A stretch of DNA of 64,000 nucleotides from Dehalococcoidia bacterium (GTDB lineage: Bacteria; Chloroflexota; Dehalococcoidia; Lucifugimonadales; UBA3495). Shown here in pieces: positions 1 through 7,885 of the stretch (the stretch's first letter is position 1; the number at the start of each line of letters is the position of its first letter). The notes under the pieces are model-generated. The model was given only the letters and a program-made list of their open reading frames with translations. It made no database searches and was not told the DNA's origin. A program made the translations under genes and the position numbers. The stretch is from NCBI GenBank assembly GCA_965237745.1, contig OZ250156.1:95596-159595 (forward strand). Direction: 5' to 3'.

Positions 1-109
1 AGAGCCGTGGCACGCCCCAGACGAGGCCCCCCGCCGCCGTCGCGGCCTCCCATCCCGGCCACGCGGGGCGACCGTTCGCCACGGTGGATTCAAGTATCAG
101 TACGCCCTT

Positions 110-313
110 TTGGCGGGAATCGGCCTCATAGTAATCGGCGCGATTTTCCAGTGGTTGTACTTCTTCTTTGCGGGATTGGCACTGCTGGTGGCGGGATACG
201 TCATGTACTACCGCGCCCCCCGCACCAGCGGCGGCGCCCCGCGGCCCCCCCAGATGTGGCGCGGCCGCTCAATAGAGCCGGACGATCCCCCGGGCCGCCG
301 GCGACGCCGGTAG
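110..313 (+). CDS. hypothetical small membrane protein (67 aa)
   Basis: ORF with a long hydrophobic stretch (GIGLIVIGAIFQWLYFFFAGLALLVAGYVMYY) followed by an Arg/Pro-rich tail. No family recognised. Overlaps GC-driven shadow ORFs. Confidence 0.3.
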   Translation: MAGIGLIVIGAIFQWLYFFFAGLALLVAGYVMYYRAPRTSGGAPRPPQMWRGRSIEPDDPPGRRRRR

Positions 314-329
314 CAGCCCTGTCCGAGCG

Positions 330-1223
330 CTAGGCCCCGGTTGTGGGTTGCGCCTCTTTCAGGAAGTGTTCGGCCAGCGCCAGCACCAGATTGCCCATGT
401 GCGGATGGTCCGGCTCGACGTCCACCTTCAGTCCGTTCTGCAGCAACCGGCGCGTGCAGACCGGCCCCACCGACGCGACGGCGACCGTTTCTGAGTTGAG
501 GCAACGGCGCAAAGTGTCTTCGAGGCCTGACTGCGCCGCGATGGACAGCAGGCTGGGCACCTGGGGCTGGCTGGTGAAGGCGACCGCGTCCACTTCGCCC
601 GCCTCCAGACGGGCGATCAGGTCCAGCACGGGCGACAGGTCGTCGGGCAGTCCCCAGCTGTATAGGGACACCTCCCGCACATTCGCTCCCCGCTCCCGCA
701 GCGTTCGGGTCAGCAGGTTGTTGGGACCGCCGTAAGCTTGGACCGCCACCTCGCGACCGGCAAAGTCCACGTTTTTCGCTGTCTCGATTAGGTCCTCGGT
801 GGCGAACGGTTCGGGCGGCATGAGGTCGATGCGCACCTTGTTGCGTCGCAGTACCGAGGCGGGCTTGGGACTGCGCGCGATGACGGTGACGCGGTCCAGG
901 GCGGCTAACAGTTCCTTCCCGCGGCCCAGGGCCTCGGCGGCTCCGAACAGAGCGCGAGTTCCCACCCCGGTCTGCAGCACTGCGATGTCCACCCGCCCCG
1001 CGCACAGGTCGTCGATCAGTCCGGCGACCTCGGGGGTGTCGGTGTTGTAGACCTCCTGCAGCACCGGCGCGGCCAGTGGGATGCCGCCGTGCCTCTCCAC
1101 CAGCGCCCCCATCTCCGACTGCATCCGCGCTTCGATGCAGGCAATGACTTTTCCGTCCAGCGACGCTGCCAAGGCGCCTCCCTGTGTTCTGAACTCGCCG
1201 AAAAGCAGTCCGTTCGCCCTCAC
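330..1223 (-). CDS. uroporphyrinogen-III synthase (HemD)-like protein
   Basis: 297-aa ORF whose two-lobed alpha/beta pattern recalls the HemD family (VLQTGVGTRALF, AVAFTSQPQV). Co-oriented with and 71 nt downstream of the siroheme sulfite reductase. Confidence 0.55.
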   Translation of the reverse strand: MRANGLLFGEFRTQGGALAASLDGKVIACIEARMQSEMGALVERHGGIPLAAPVLQEVYNTDTPEVAGLIDDLCAGRVDIAVLQTGVGTRALFGAAEALGRGKELLAALDRVTVIARSPKPASVLRRNKVRIDLMPPEPFATEDLIETAKNVDFAGREVAVQAYGGPNNLLTRTLRERGANVREVSLYSWGLPDDLSPVLDLIARLEAGEVDAVAFTSQPQVPSLLSIAAQSGLEDTLRRCLNSETVAVASVGPVCTRRLLQNGLKVDVEPDHPHMGNLVLALAEHFLKEAQPTTGA

Positions 1224-1294
1224 TTGTTCAAAGGACGAACGGACAATGGTGTCTTATTCCCGGTTTACGCCAGGTTCATTGGAAAACCCTAGGA

Positions 1295-3136
1295 CTATAC
1301 GGCGCATTCACCCTCGCCGCGCTCCAGCTTGTACAGGTTGGTGCGTTCCCAGTCGACGTACATATCGGAGCCGGGAGCCGCGTCCTGAGCCGACTTTTCG
1401 GCGGCGATTGCAACCTCGGTCAACTCCTCCAGCCCCACCCGGTCGAGGAACTGGTTGAACTTTTCCGACTCATCGGTGCGGTTGGCCTGGTAGTAGGTCA
1501 CAATGGTCTTCAGCACGCCGGGAGCGGCCCTGGCAGGGACCTTCACGCGCGGTATGCGGGTTCCAACGCGGGAGTCCTCCACCCGGTTGTCGCCATAGTT
1601 GCCGCCCAGGAACAGCTCGTAAGCCGGGACCTGCTGTCCGTCGGGGCCCTTCAGCGCAGCACCGTGGAAGCCAATGTTGGCGATGTGATGCAGGCCGCAG
1701 CCGTTGGGGCAGCCGGACATCTTGATGCGGATGTCCTTCACGCCCTGGTCGTCCAGCAACTCGCCGCCCCAGTTGTCCATCTCATCCCGCAGCGCCTTGG
1801 CCAAGCCCATTGAGGACGTGATGCCCAGTTTGCAACTGTCGGTGCCGGGGCAGGACACCACGTTGGTGATGGCGCTCGCGTCGGCCTCGGCCAGCCCGAT
1901 GCGGTCCAACTCCTCCCAAACGGTGTGCAGTGAGCCCTCTGGAATGAAGCGCAGCACTAGGTTCTGCTCTTGGGTGGTCCGGGCGCGGCCCCCGGTGTGG
2001 CGGCGCATGATGTCGGCCAGCGCGCGGAATTGGGTGCCGTTGAGATCACCGCGTTCCGGCTTGACGGTGATAGCGTAGTAACCCTCCTGACGCTGCCGTT
2101 CCACATTGGTTTCCCGCCACCTGTGGAACTCCTCGGAGGCTCCGGCTCCGTTGCCGCTGATGGCCGGCGGGGGAGTCTCCCGGAGCAGGTCGTCCACTTC
2201 CATGTACGGAGCCGGGTCGATGGGGCCAATCTTTTCCAGTTCCGCGTCGACCATGGTGCGGAATTCGTCAAGGCCGATACGGTCGATCAACACCTTGAGC
2301 CGCGCCATCATCCGGTTCTTGCGCAGCATGTCGGCGTTATTGAATACCGTCCAGATGGCCAGGGCCACCCGCAGGTAATCGTCGGTGGAGACGAATTCGT
2401 ACAGCGGCTTGGCCAGTCGGGGCATGATGGAGGTGCCGCCGCCGACGAACACTTTGAAGCCCCGCTGCTCCTCTCCGTCCACCTCGCGAACCTGCGACAC
2501 GTAGGTCAGGTCCTGGATGGCTGCCGATACGTGGTCGCGGCTGTCTGTGCCGGTGAAAGCCGACTTGAACTTACGCGGGAAACCCTGCGTGATGGGATGA
2601 CGGACTCCGAAACGGACGTATGCCGCCAAGTAAGGCGTCGGGTCAAACACTTCATCAGGATCGACGCCCGCAAAGGGGGACCCCACCACGTTGCGCACCG
2701 TGTTGCCACAGGCCTCGCGGGTGGTCAGCCCCACCGCGCCCAGCAGCCGCAGCACCTCGGGACACTCGGCAAGAGGGATGTGATGAAACTGCACATTTTC
2801 GCGAGTGGTGATATGCCCCTTCCCCAACGGAGCGTAACTCTCGGCCACCTCACCCAGTCCCTCCATGCTTTCCGGGGTGACGATGCCGCCCGGCACCTTA
2901 ACTCGGATCATCTGCACATCGGCCTGCCGCTGACCGTAGACGCCCTGCTTCAGACGGAAAGGCGTGAAGGTGGTGTTATCCTGCTCTCCGGCCTCAAAAG
3001 ACGCGGACTGCTCCTCAAGCCGCACGATCTCCTCATCCATGAACGGGATGATTGACTGCGACGACCTGGCTAATTCCAGACTGTCTCGGTGAATGTCCTC
3101 TTGGGTACGCTGATGGCTAGAGGTCTGACTACTCAA
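1295..3136 (-). CDS. ferredoxin-type sulfite/nitrite reductase hemoprotein (siroheme, 4Fe-4S)
   Basis: 613-aa ORF with Cys clusters CPGTDSCKLG and SGCPNGCGLHHIANIG typical of NirA/Sir enzymes. TTG start at 3136 lies 3 nt after GGAGGAG. Confidence 0.85.
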   Translation of the reverse strand: MSSQTSSHQRTQEDIHRDSLELARSSQSIIPFMDEEIVRLEEQSASFEAGEQDNTTFTPFRLKQGVYGQRQADVQMIRVKVPGGIVTPESMEGLGEVAESYAPLGKGHITTRENVQFHHIPLAECPEVLRLLGAVGLTTREACGNTVRNVVGSPFAGVDPDEVFDPTPYLAAYVRFGVRHPITQGFPRKFKSAFTGTDSRDHVSAAIQDLTYVSQVREVDGEEQRGFKVFVGGGTSIMPRLAKPLYEFVSTDDYLRVALAIWTVFNNADMLRKNRMMARLKVLIDRIGLDEFRTMVDAELEKIGPIDPAPYMEVDDLLRETPPPAISGNGAGASEEFHRWRETNVERQRQEGYYAITVKPERGDLNGTQFRALADIMRRHTGGRARTTQEQNLVLRFIPEGSLHTVWEELDRIGLAEADASAITNVVSCPGTDSCKLGITSSMGLAKALRDEMDNWGGELLDDQGVKDIRIKMSGCPNGCGLHHIANIGFHGAALKGPDGQQVPAYELFLGGNYGDNRVEDSRVGTRIPRVKVPARAAPGVLKTIVTYYQANRTDESEKFNQFLDRVGLEELTEVAIAAEKSAQDAAPGSDMYVDWERTNLYKLERGEGECAV

Positions 3137-3168
3137 ATTCTCCTCCGCGAATATCCTGCCAAAAATTT

Positions 3169-3207
3169 AACAAAAGAAAACCCGCCGACTATATATGCAT
3201 TGGCGGG
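3169..3207 (-). terminator. intrinsic terminator inside the sulfite reductase leader (attenuator segments 3:4)
   Basis: On the minus strand, CCCGCC (3207-3202) pairs with GGCGGG (3186-3181) and is followed by TTTTCTTTTGTT (3180-3169). It lies between the promoter and the RBS of the reductase gene. Confidence 0.6.
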
Positions 3208-3255
3208 CGATCAGGACTGGTTGCGTCGACTGGCCGACGCAGCTTTTTCACCCAC

Positions 3256-3309
3256 CTATGTGGGCGGACAAGAGCAACAAAGAGCGGCGTCAAGCCAATT
3301 TATATTCAC
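3256..3309 (-). CDS. candidate leaderless leader peptide VNINWLDAALCCSCPPT (17 codons, 3 Cys)
   Basis: GTG lies 6 nt after the -10 hexamer. Codons 11-14 are TGT TGC TCT TGT. The TAG stop sits in the loop of hairpin 3266-3249. There is no Shine-Dalgarno, hence the leaderless inference. Confidence 0.45.
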   Translation of the reverse strand: MNINWLDAALCCSCPPT

Positions 3310-3315
3310 TAGGGT

Positions 3316-3344
3316 AATATACTCTGGGGTCTAACATTAGTCAA
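3316..3344 (-). promoter_or_regulatory. sigma70-like promoter of the sulfite reductase leader
   Basis: Minus strand: TTGACT (3344-3339), 17-nt spacer, TATATT (3321-3316). Confidence 0.55.
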
Positions 3345-3453
3345 TCGCCACTGTCGCCAGGGCAATCGCGTTTTAGCTGCGCAGGACTTTGAGGAGGTAG
3401 TCCTCTCTCCAGCCTGCTTGCAGGCGTTTGCCCTGAATTCCCACTTTCAGGCT

Positions 3454-3481
3454 GGTTTCCTGCTTCAGGTTTCCTGCTGCA
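3454..3481. repeat. 14-bp tandem duplication inside the transposase
   Basis: GGTTTCCTGCTTCA followed by GGTTTCCTGCTGCA. Removing one unit restores the family-like C-terminus QQETSLKVGIQGKRL. Confidence 0.85.
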
Positions 3482-3542
3482 GCAGGTTGTGGGAGATCTG
3501 CCTTAGCGTAGCCATGTTCTGCGCGCTGTGGTCCAAGCGCAT

Positions 3543-3568
3543 CCGGCTCTGGTCCTCGGCTCTGGTCC
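3543..3568. repeat. 13-bp tandem duplication inside the transposase
   Basis: CCGGCTCTGGTCC followed by TCGGCTCTGGTCC. Removing one unit restores EDQSRMRLDHSAQNMATLRQISHNLLQQET. Confidence 0.85.
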
Positions 3569-4257
3569 TCCCGGAAGGTTACCTCCAAGCTCCAGTGCAG
3601 CGAGTTCTCAATGCTCCAGTGGGTCCGCGCCGCACCCAGCAACTGCTCAGCCGACCCTGCGAGGCTGCTGATGTAGTACTTGGACTGCACTGTTGTGCCC
3701 GTCTCCGTCTCACGGTGCCCCACCACCTTGACCACGGACCGCAACCCGGGCCAGTCCCTCCCGGTGCTCAGATATTCCAGACAGCCCGGGTCGCTGATCG
3801 CCCAGCACTCCCGCCGCTCAATGCGCCCGTGCCCCTTGTTGAGTGTGGTGGCATAGTCGTGGGGTACACCGTCAAAGCCCGCCTCCTCCGCAACCTCGAA
3901 CAGGTCCCGCAGGTCCTCGTACAGCCGTCCCTGGTTCTTTTTGACCGCCAGCAGATAGTCGGCCTCCCGCTCCAGAATCCCTTGGGCTATCTCCTTCTGG
4001 CACCCCATGGCGTCTCTGGTTACGATGCACCCGCTCAACTCCAGCAGCTCCAGCAGCCGGGGTATGGCGGTGATTTCGTTGGACTTCCGGTCGGTCTTCA
4101 CCTGTCCCAAGGTCAGGGTGTTGGCCGAGCCCCAGGCGCTGACCAGCTGGATGGCCTGCTTGCCTGCCCTTTTGTCGTGGGAGCGGCGCACCGTTTGGCC
4201 GTCGATGGCCACCACCTCTCCGGGCAGCAGGTCTGCCACCCCTTGGCTCCACTCCAC

Positions 4258-4293
4258 GAAGCACTCTCGGAAGCACTCTCGGAAGCACTCTTG
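4258..4293. repeat. 12-bp x3 tandem repeat inside the transposase
   Basis: GAAGCACTCTCG GAAGCACTCTCG GAAGCACTCTTG, encoding ECFRECFRECF. Confidence 0.9.
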
Positions 4294-4817
4294 GAACCGG
4301 TCCGGATCCAAGCGGGAGAACACGTCGCCGAAGGTGTCACGGGACGGGATGCCCTTGGGCAGATCCAGAAAGGAGCGGAACCATTCCTCCTTGCTCTTGC
4401 CGAAAAGCTCCACCTAGACCCAGGAGTCCGCGCCGCAGATGACGGCGCAAATGGCGATGGTGATGTCGTCCAGCAACTGGTGCCGCTTGCACCGCTCAAT
4501 CCCCGGGTCCTCCAATTCTCCAAAACACTCCATGACGGACGCTCCCCTCCCTTTCCTCATCACTCCCCTCTATCGTCACCCACATCCTCGGTCTCCCATC
4601 CAACGACAAGTCTATCCTCTATAACGCGATTGCCCTGACACTGTCGGGCATTTCCCGGCAGGTTTGTGAAAGTTCTGCGCCGTGGGCTGGACCACTCCGC
4701 AATTATGCCAATACGCTGGGCCGCGGGCTTGCCAGCGCCCCGCCCGCCGGGTAACTTTACTCCACAGTTTGAAGACTCGCGACAAGCTCTTTCGTAGAAA
4801 CAACAGGAGGCACTGGC

Positions 4818-5984
4818 ATGAGGTCTACGGCGGACGTGGTGGTCATCGGCGGAGGCGTGATGGGATGCAGCATACTCTTCAACTTGGCCAAACAGGGCAT
4901 AACCAACACTGTGCTGCTGGAAAAGGACATTCTCAACGGTGGCTCCACCGGTCGCAGCCAGTCCATCTGCCGCATGCACTACTCCAACCCGGTGACAGCC
5001 ACAATGGCATGGGAGAGCCTCAAGGTATTCACGAATTTCGAGGACATCGTCGGCGGTCCGTCGGGGTTCACCGAGACCGGCTACCTGGTGGTCGTCAACG
5101 AGGAAGACCGGCCTGGCCTGGAATTCAACTGTGCCATGCAGGTCCGCCTGGGTATCGATACCATGGTGGTGACTGCCGCAGATCTTGCCGACATCGCGCC
5201 GATGGTTTCCGTTACCGAGGACGAGGCCATGGGGTGGGAGCCACAGTCGGGCTACGCAGACCCCTATCTGGTCACGTCGTCCTACGCCAATTCTGCTCGA
5301 GATTTGGGAGCCGAGATAAATCTGGGCTTACAGTCCACTGGCATAGTGGTCGAGAACGGGCGAGTCCGCGCCGTCGACACGCTACAGGGCCGTATCGAAA
5401 CGCGGGCTGTGGTCATGGCCGCCGGGCCTTGGTCGAAGGCCGAGCTGGCCAAGGTGGGTGTGGACGTCCCTTTGGTAACCGTGAGGCACCAAGTGGCGTC
5501 CCTGGCCCGGCCCGTCGACCGGTTGCCATTGCATCCCGCCGTGGGCGACATTGCGCAGTCCTTCTCCTTCCGCCCCGACGGCTCGAGGATGACACTCATG
5601 GGTTTCGGCGACGACGAGGAGGCGGATGTGGAGACCTACAACCAGCTGGCGGGGCTGGACGATATGGGGTTGGCTAAGGAGAAGCTGGCGCGTCGCATCC
5701 CGGCCATGTCGGATGCCTACTTCCGCGGTGGTTGGGCCGGACTGTTCACCACCACGCCCGACTGGCACCCTATCCTGGGCCGGGCTCCGGGCATCGATGG
5801 GCTATATTGCGCGGTAGGATTCAGCGGCCACGGTTTCAAGCTGTCGCCCATGATCGGCCAGACCATGGCCGAGCTGGTTGCCCAAGGCGAAGCTACAACA
5901 ATCGACATCTCACCGCTCCGCTTCAGCCGCTTCGAAGAGGGTGATCTGATGGAGTCCAGCTACCGCTATCGGGTGCTTGCCTAG
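4818..5984 (+). CDS. FAD-dependent oxidoreductase (DAO / sarcosine oxidase beta-like family)
   Basis: 388-aa ORF with N-terminal dinucleotide fold VVVIGGGVMGCSILFNLAKQG. AGGAGG RBS precedes the ATG. Confidence 0.75.
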   Translation: MRSTADVVVIGGGVMGCSILFNLAKQGITNTVLLEKDILNGGSTGRSQSICRMHYSNPVTATMAWESLKVFTNFEDIVGGPSGFTETGYLVVVNEEDRPGLEFNCAMQVRLGIDTMVVTAADLADIAPMVSVTEDEAMGWEPQSGYADPYLVTSSYANSARDLGAEINLGLQSTGIVVENGRVRAVDTLQGRIETRAVVMAAGPWSKAELAKVGVDVPLVTVRHQVASLARPVDRLPLHPAVGDIAQSFSFRPDGSRMTLMGFGDDEEADVETYNQLAGLDDMGLAKEKLARRIPAMSDAYFRGGWAGLFTTTPDWHPILGRAPGIDGLYCAVGFSGHGFKLSPMIGQTMAELVAQGEATTIDISPLRFSRFEEGDLMESSYRYRVLA

Positions 5985-6032
5985 AAAGCCTGTCCCGGCG
6001 ATGCTTTCCATCCTTGCGAGAGAATTCGGGCA

Positions 6033-7319
6033 ATGGCCTCTCGGGAGATGGCTATGAAGACGGCCCTCCGGGGCGATCCGCCTGCCGTCATGTTGCCTCG
6101 TGTCTTCCGGAGCGCCCTCCGAGGTTTCTCGCAGGGACTGATGGCGTTGGCTCTGGTCGCCCTGCTGCTGTGGGCGGGAAAAGACTACCGGCCCACGGAG
6201 GCGGAGGCCGCGATAGCGTCCTATCGTTTCAATCTGCTGGCTTGGGAAGCGGGCAACGTGTTCGACAAGTGGTACCACGAGCTACTCGCCCTGCTCCCAT
6301 GGAACTCACCCTTGCCTCCAGAACAGAGGACGGCTTTGGCAGCGGAGTTTTTCCGTTTGGGCGAGGAGGAACGGCGTCTGGAAGGGGAGCTATTTGCTGC
6401 CGAGGCGACGCCGAGAGCTGACGAACTTGAACGGCAACTCGCCGAAGTCCATAATCGCCATCTAAGCCTGCGGACCATCGTAGAGCAGACCGTTGAACGA
6501 GAGGTCAGTTCAATCCTGGTTGATGAGGGCTTCTCCTCCCGCATCGGCGTTATCCTTCCGCCGGTGGACACGGTGCTCGGTCGCTCTCCCGCCTTGCTGG
6601 TGACCTCCCCTCGCGATCGTATATTCAGGCAGAGCAACACACTGTTGCGCCACGGCGTCCGCCCTGGTGACCGCACCATGCTGGAGGAAGCCACGCTGCG
6701 GGAACGCAACCTCTCGGCCATCGTCGTCGACACCGGGGGGGTCGGCACCTTCCCCAGTGTGGTTTCCGCAGAGGGCAGCTTGCACTTCGCAGTCACAACC
6801 GTGGCCCACGAATGGCTGCACAACTGGTTCTTCTTCCAACCGCTGGGACAACATTTCTGGGACAGCCCCGAGATGACCACCCTCAACGAGACGGCAGCCA
6901 CCCTGGGCGGCTGGGAAATCGGCGACCGGGCCTACGAAATCATGACGGGAATCGTGTTCGACCGGAAACCACCAGCACCGCCAGCGGAACCCGACCCCAA
7001 CGCTTTCGACTTCAACGCCGAGATGCGGAAGACCAAGCAGCGGGCTGAGGAGTTGCTGGCCCAAGGCCGCATAGAAGAGGCGGAGAGTTACATGGAAGAA
7101 CGGCGCTTGCAATTGCTGGAGCGGGGCTACCGAATCCGTAAGATCAACCAGGCATTTTTCGCCTTCTACGGCTCCTATGCCACCAGCGCCGCTTCAGACA
7201 GCCCCATCGAGGAGCAACTCCGAGAACTGCGGGCTCGAAGCGGGTCTTTGGGGGAGTTCCTGAGGGTTGTGGCCCAATTCTCGACCTACCAAGAATTCCT
7301 GGACCATCTTGAGGAATAA
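6033..7319 (+). CDS. hypothetical membrane-anchored protein with HExxH motif (putative zinc peptidase)
   Basis: 428-aa ORF with an N-terminal hydrophobic helix (LMALALVALLLWAG) and HEWLHNW at about residue 270. Family not recognised and the start codon is uncertain. Confidence 0.45.
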   Translation: MASREMAMKTALRGDPPAVMLPRVFRSALRGFSQGLMALALVALLLWAGKDYRPTEAEAAIASYRFNLLAWEAGNVFDKWYHELLALLPWNSPLPPEQRTALAAEFFRLGEEERRLEGELFAAEATPRADELERQLAEVHNRHLSLRTIVEQTVEREVSSILVDEGFSSRIGVILPPVDTVLGRSPALLVTSPRDRIFRQSNTLLRHGVRPGDRTMLEEATLRERNLSAIVVDTGGVGTFPSVVSAEGSLHFAVTTVAHEWLHNWFFFQPLGQHFWDSPEMTTLNETAATLGGWEIGDRAYEIMTGIVFDRKPPAPPAEPDPNAFDFNAEMRKTKQRAEELLAQGRIEEAESYMEERRLQLLERGYRIRKINQAFFAFYGSYATSAASDSPIEEQLRELRARSGSLGEFLRVVAQFSTYQEFLDHLEE

Positions 7320-7371
7320 GGCAACCTGGGAACCGCCTGCACTTTCTAAAGATTTTCCGATAGAAAGCCCT

Positions 7372-7773
7372 CTAGCTCGGCGCAGACTCTTCGATGTCCT
7401 CCAAGATATCTGCCGGCAACTCGACGCCGCGTTTCAGTAGGTACTTCAGGGCTTGCTCACGACCTTCCTGCCGACCTTCCTGTCGTCCTTCCTGCCGACC
7501 TTCCTCCACACCCTCACGGCGGGCTTTGTCCATGTCCTTCTTGCGTTGCGCCAATGCCCATAACATCCTGACCAATCCCTCCAGTAGCAAGATACTCGAG
7601 CCGTATACAATGCCGCCAAGTGGCACTACTTGGCCTGTCAACTCCAAGGTGTCACTGTCATTCCACCATCGGCCTGCTCCGACGGAAAATGCCAGAAGCC
7701 ACGTCACTCCCAAGGTGCCAAGCGGTAAGATCGCCAAGTGCAACTTGAGCCAGTTATCCCTGATCCAATCCAC
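7372..7773 (-). CDS. hypothetical membrane protein with EGRQ tandem repeats
   Basis: 133-aa ORF with two N-terminal hydrophobic helices and a charged C-terminus EGVEEGRQEGRQEGRQEGREQALKYLLKRG. Confidence 0.45.
   Translation of the reverse strand: MDWIRDNWLKLHLAILPLGTLGVTWLLAFSVGAGRWWNDSDTLELTGQVVPLGGIVYGSSILLLEGLVRMLWALAQRKKDMDKARREGVEEGRQEGRQEGRQEGREQALKYLLKRGVELPADILEDIEESAPS
7461..7508. repeat. 12-bp x4 tandem repeat (codes for EGRQ units)
   Basis: GACCTTCCTGCC / GACCTTCCTGTC / GTCCTTCCTGCC / GACCTTCCTCCA. Confidence 0.85.
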
Positions 7774-7885
7774 AAATCAAGTATAACATTGCCCTGAATT
7801 CGGACTCGCCCGTCATTTGGCCTGACATGCTGCGCTCAGGCAAACTTATGAGTGAGACGACCAGAAGACCAGAACAGGGTAATCC

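Larger units (their letters stand above)
3373..4533 (-). pseudogene. ISAs1-family transposase, disrupted
   Basis: N-terminus MECFGELEDPGIERCKRHQLLDDITIAICAVICGADSWV runs into an in-frame TAG (4414-4416) and then continues as VELFGKSKEEWFRSFLDLPKGIPSRDTF. The C-terminal region is scrambled by 13-bp and 14-bp tandem duplications. Family motif HWSIENSLHW is present. Confidence 0.8.
3357..4638 (-). mobile_element. ISAs1-family insertion sequence (1282 bp), decaying copy
   Basis: Terminal inverted repeats CAGGGCAATCGCGTT (3358-3372) and AACGCGATTGCCCTG (4623-4637). 8-bp direct target duplication CACTGTCG at 3349-3356 and 4639-4646. Encodes an ISAs1/H-repeat type DDE transposase. Confidence 0.85.

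Noticed and set aside
4762-4790. CTTCAAA (minus strand) as a possible tRNA-Sec anticodon loop near selB-related content
   Set aside because: The flanking bases do not form an anticodon stem, and no acceptor or T arms are present.
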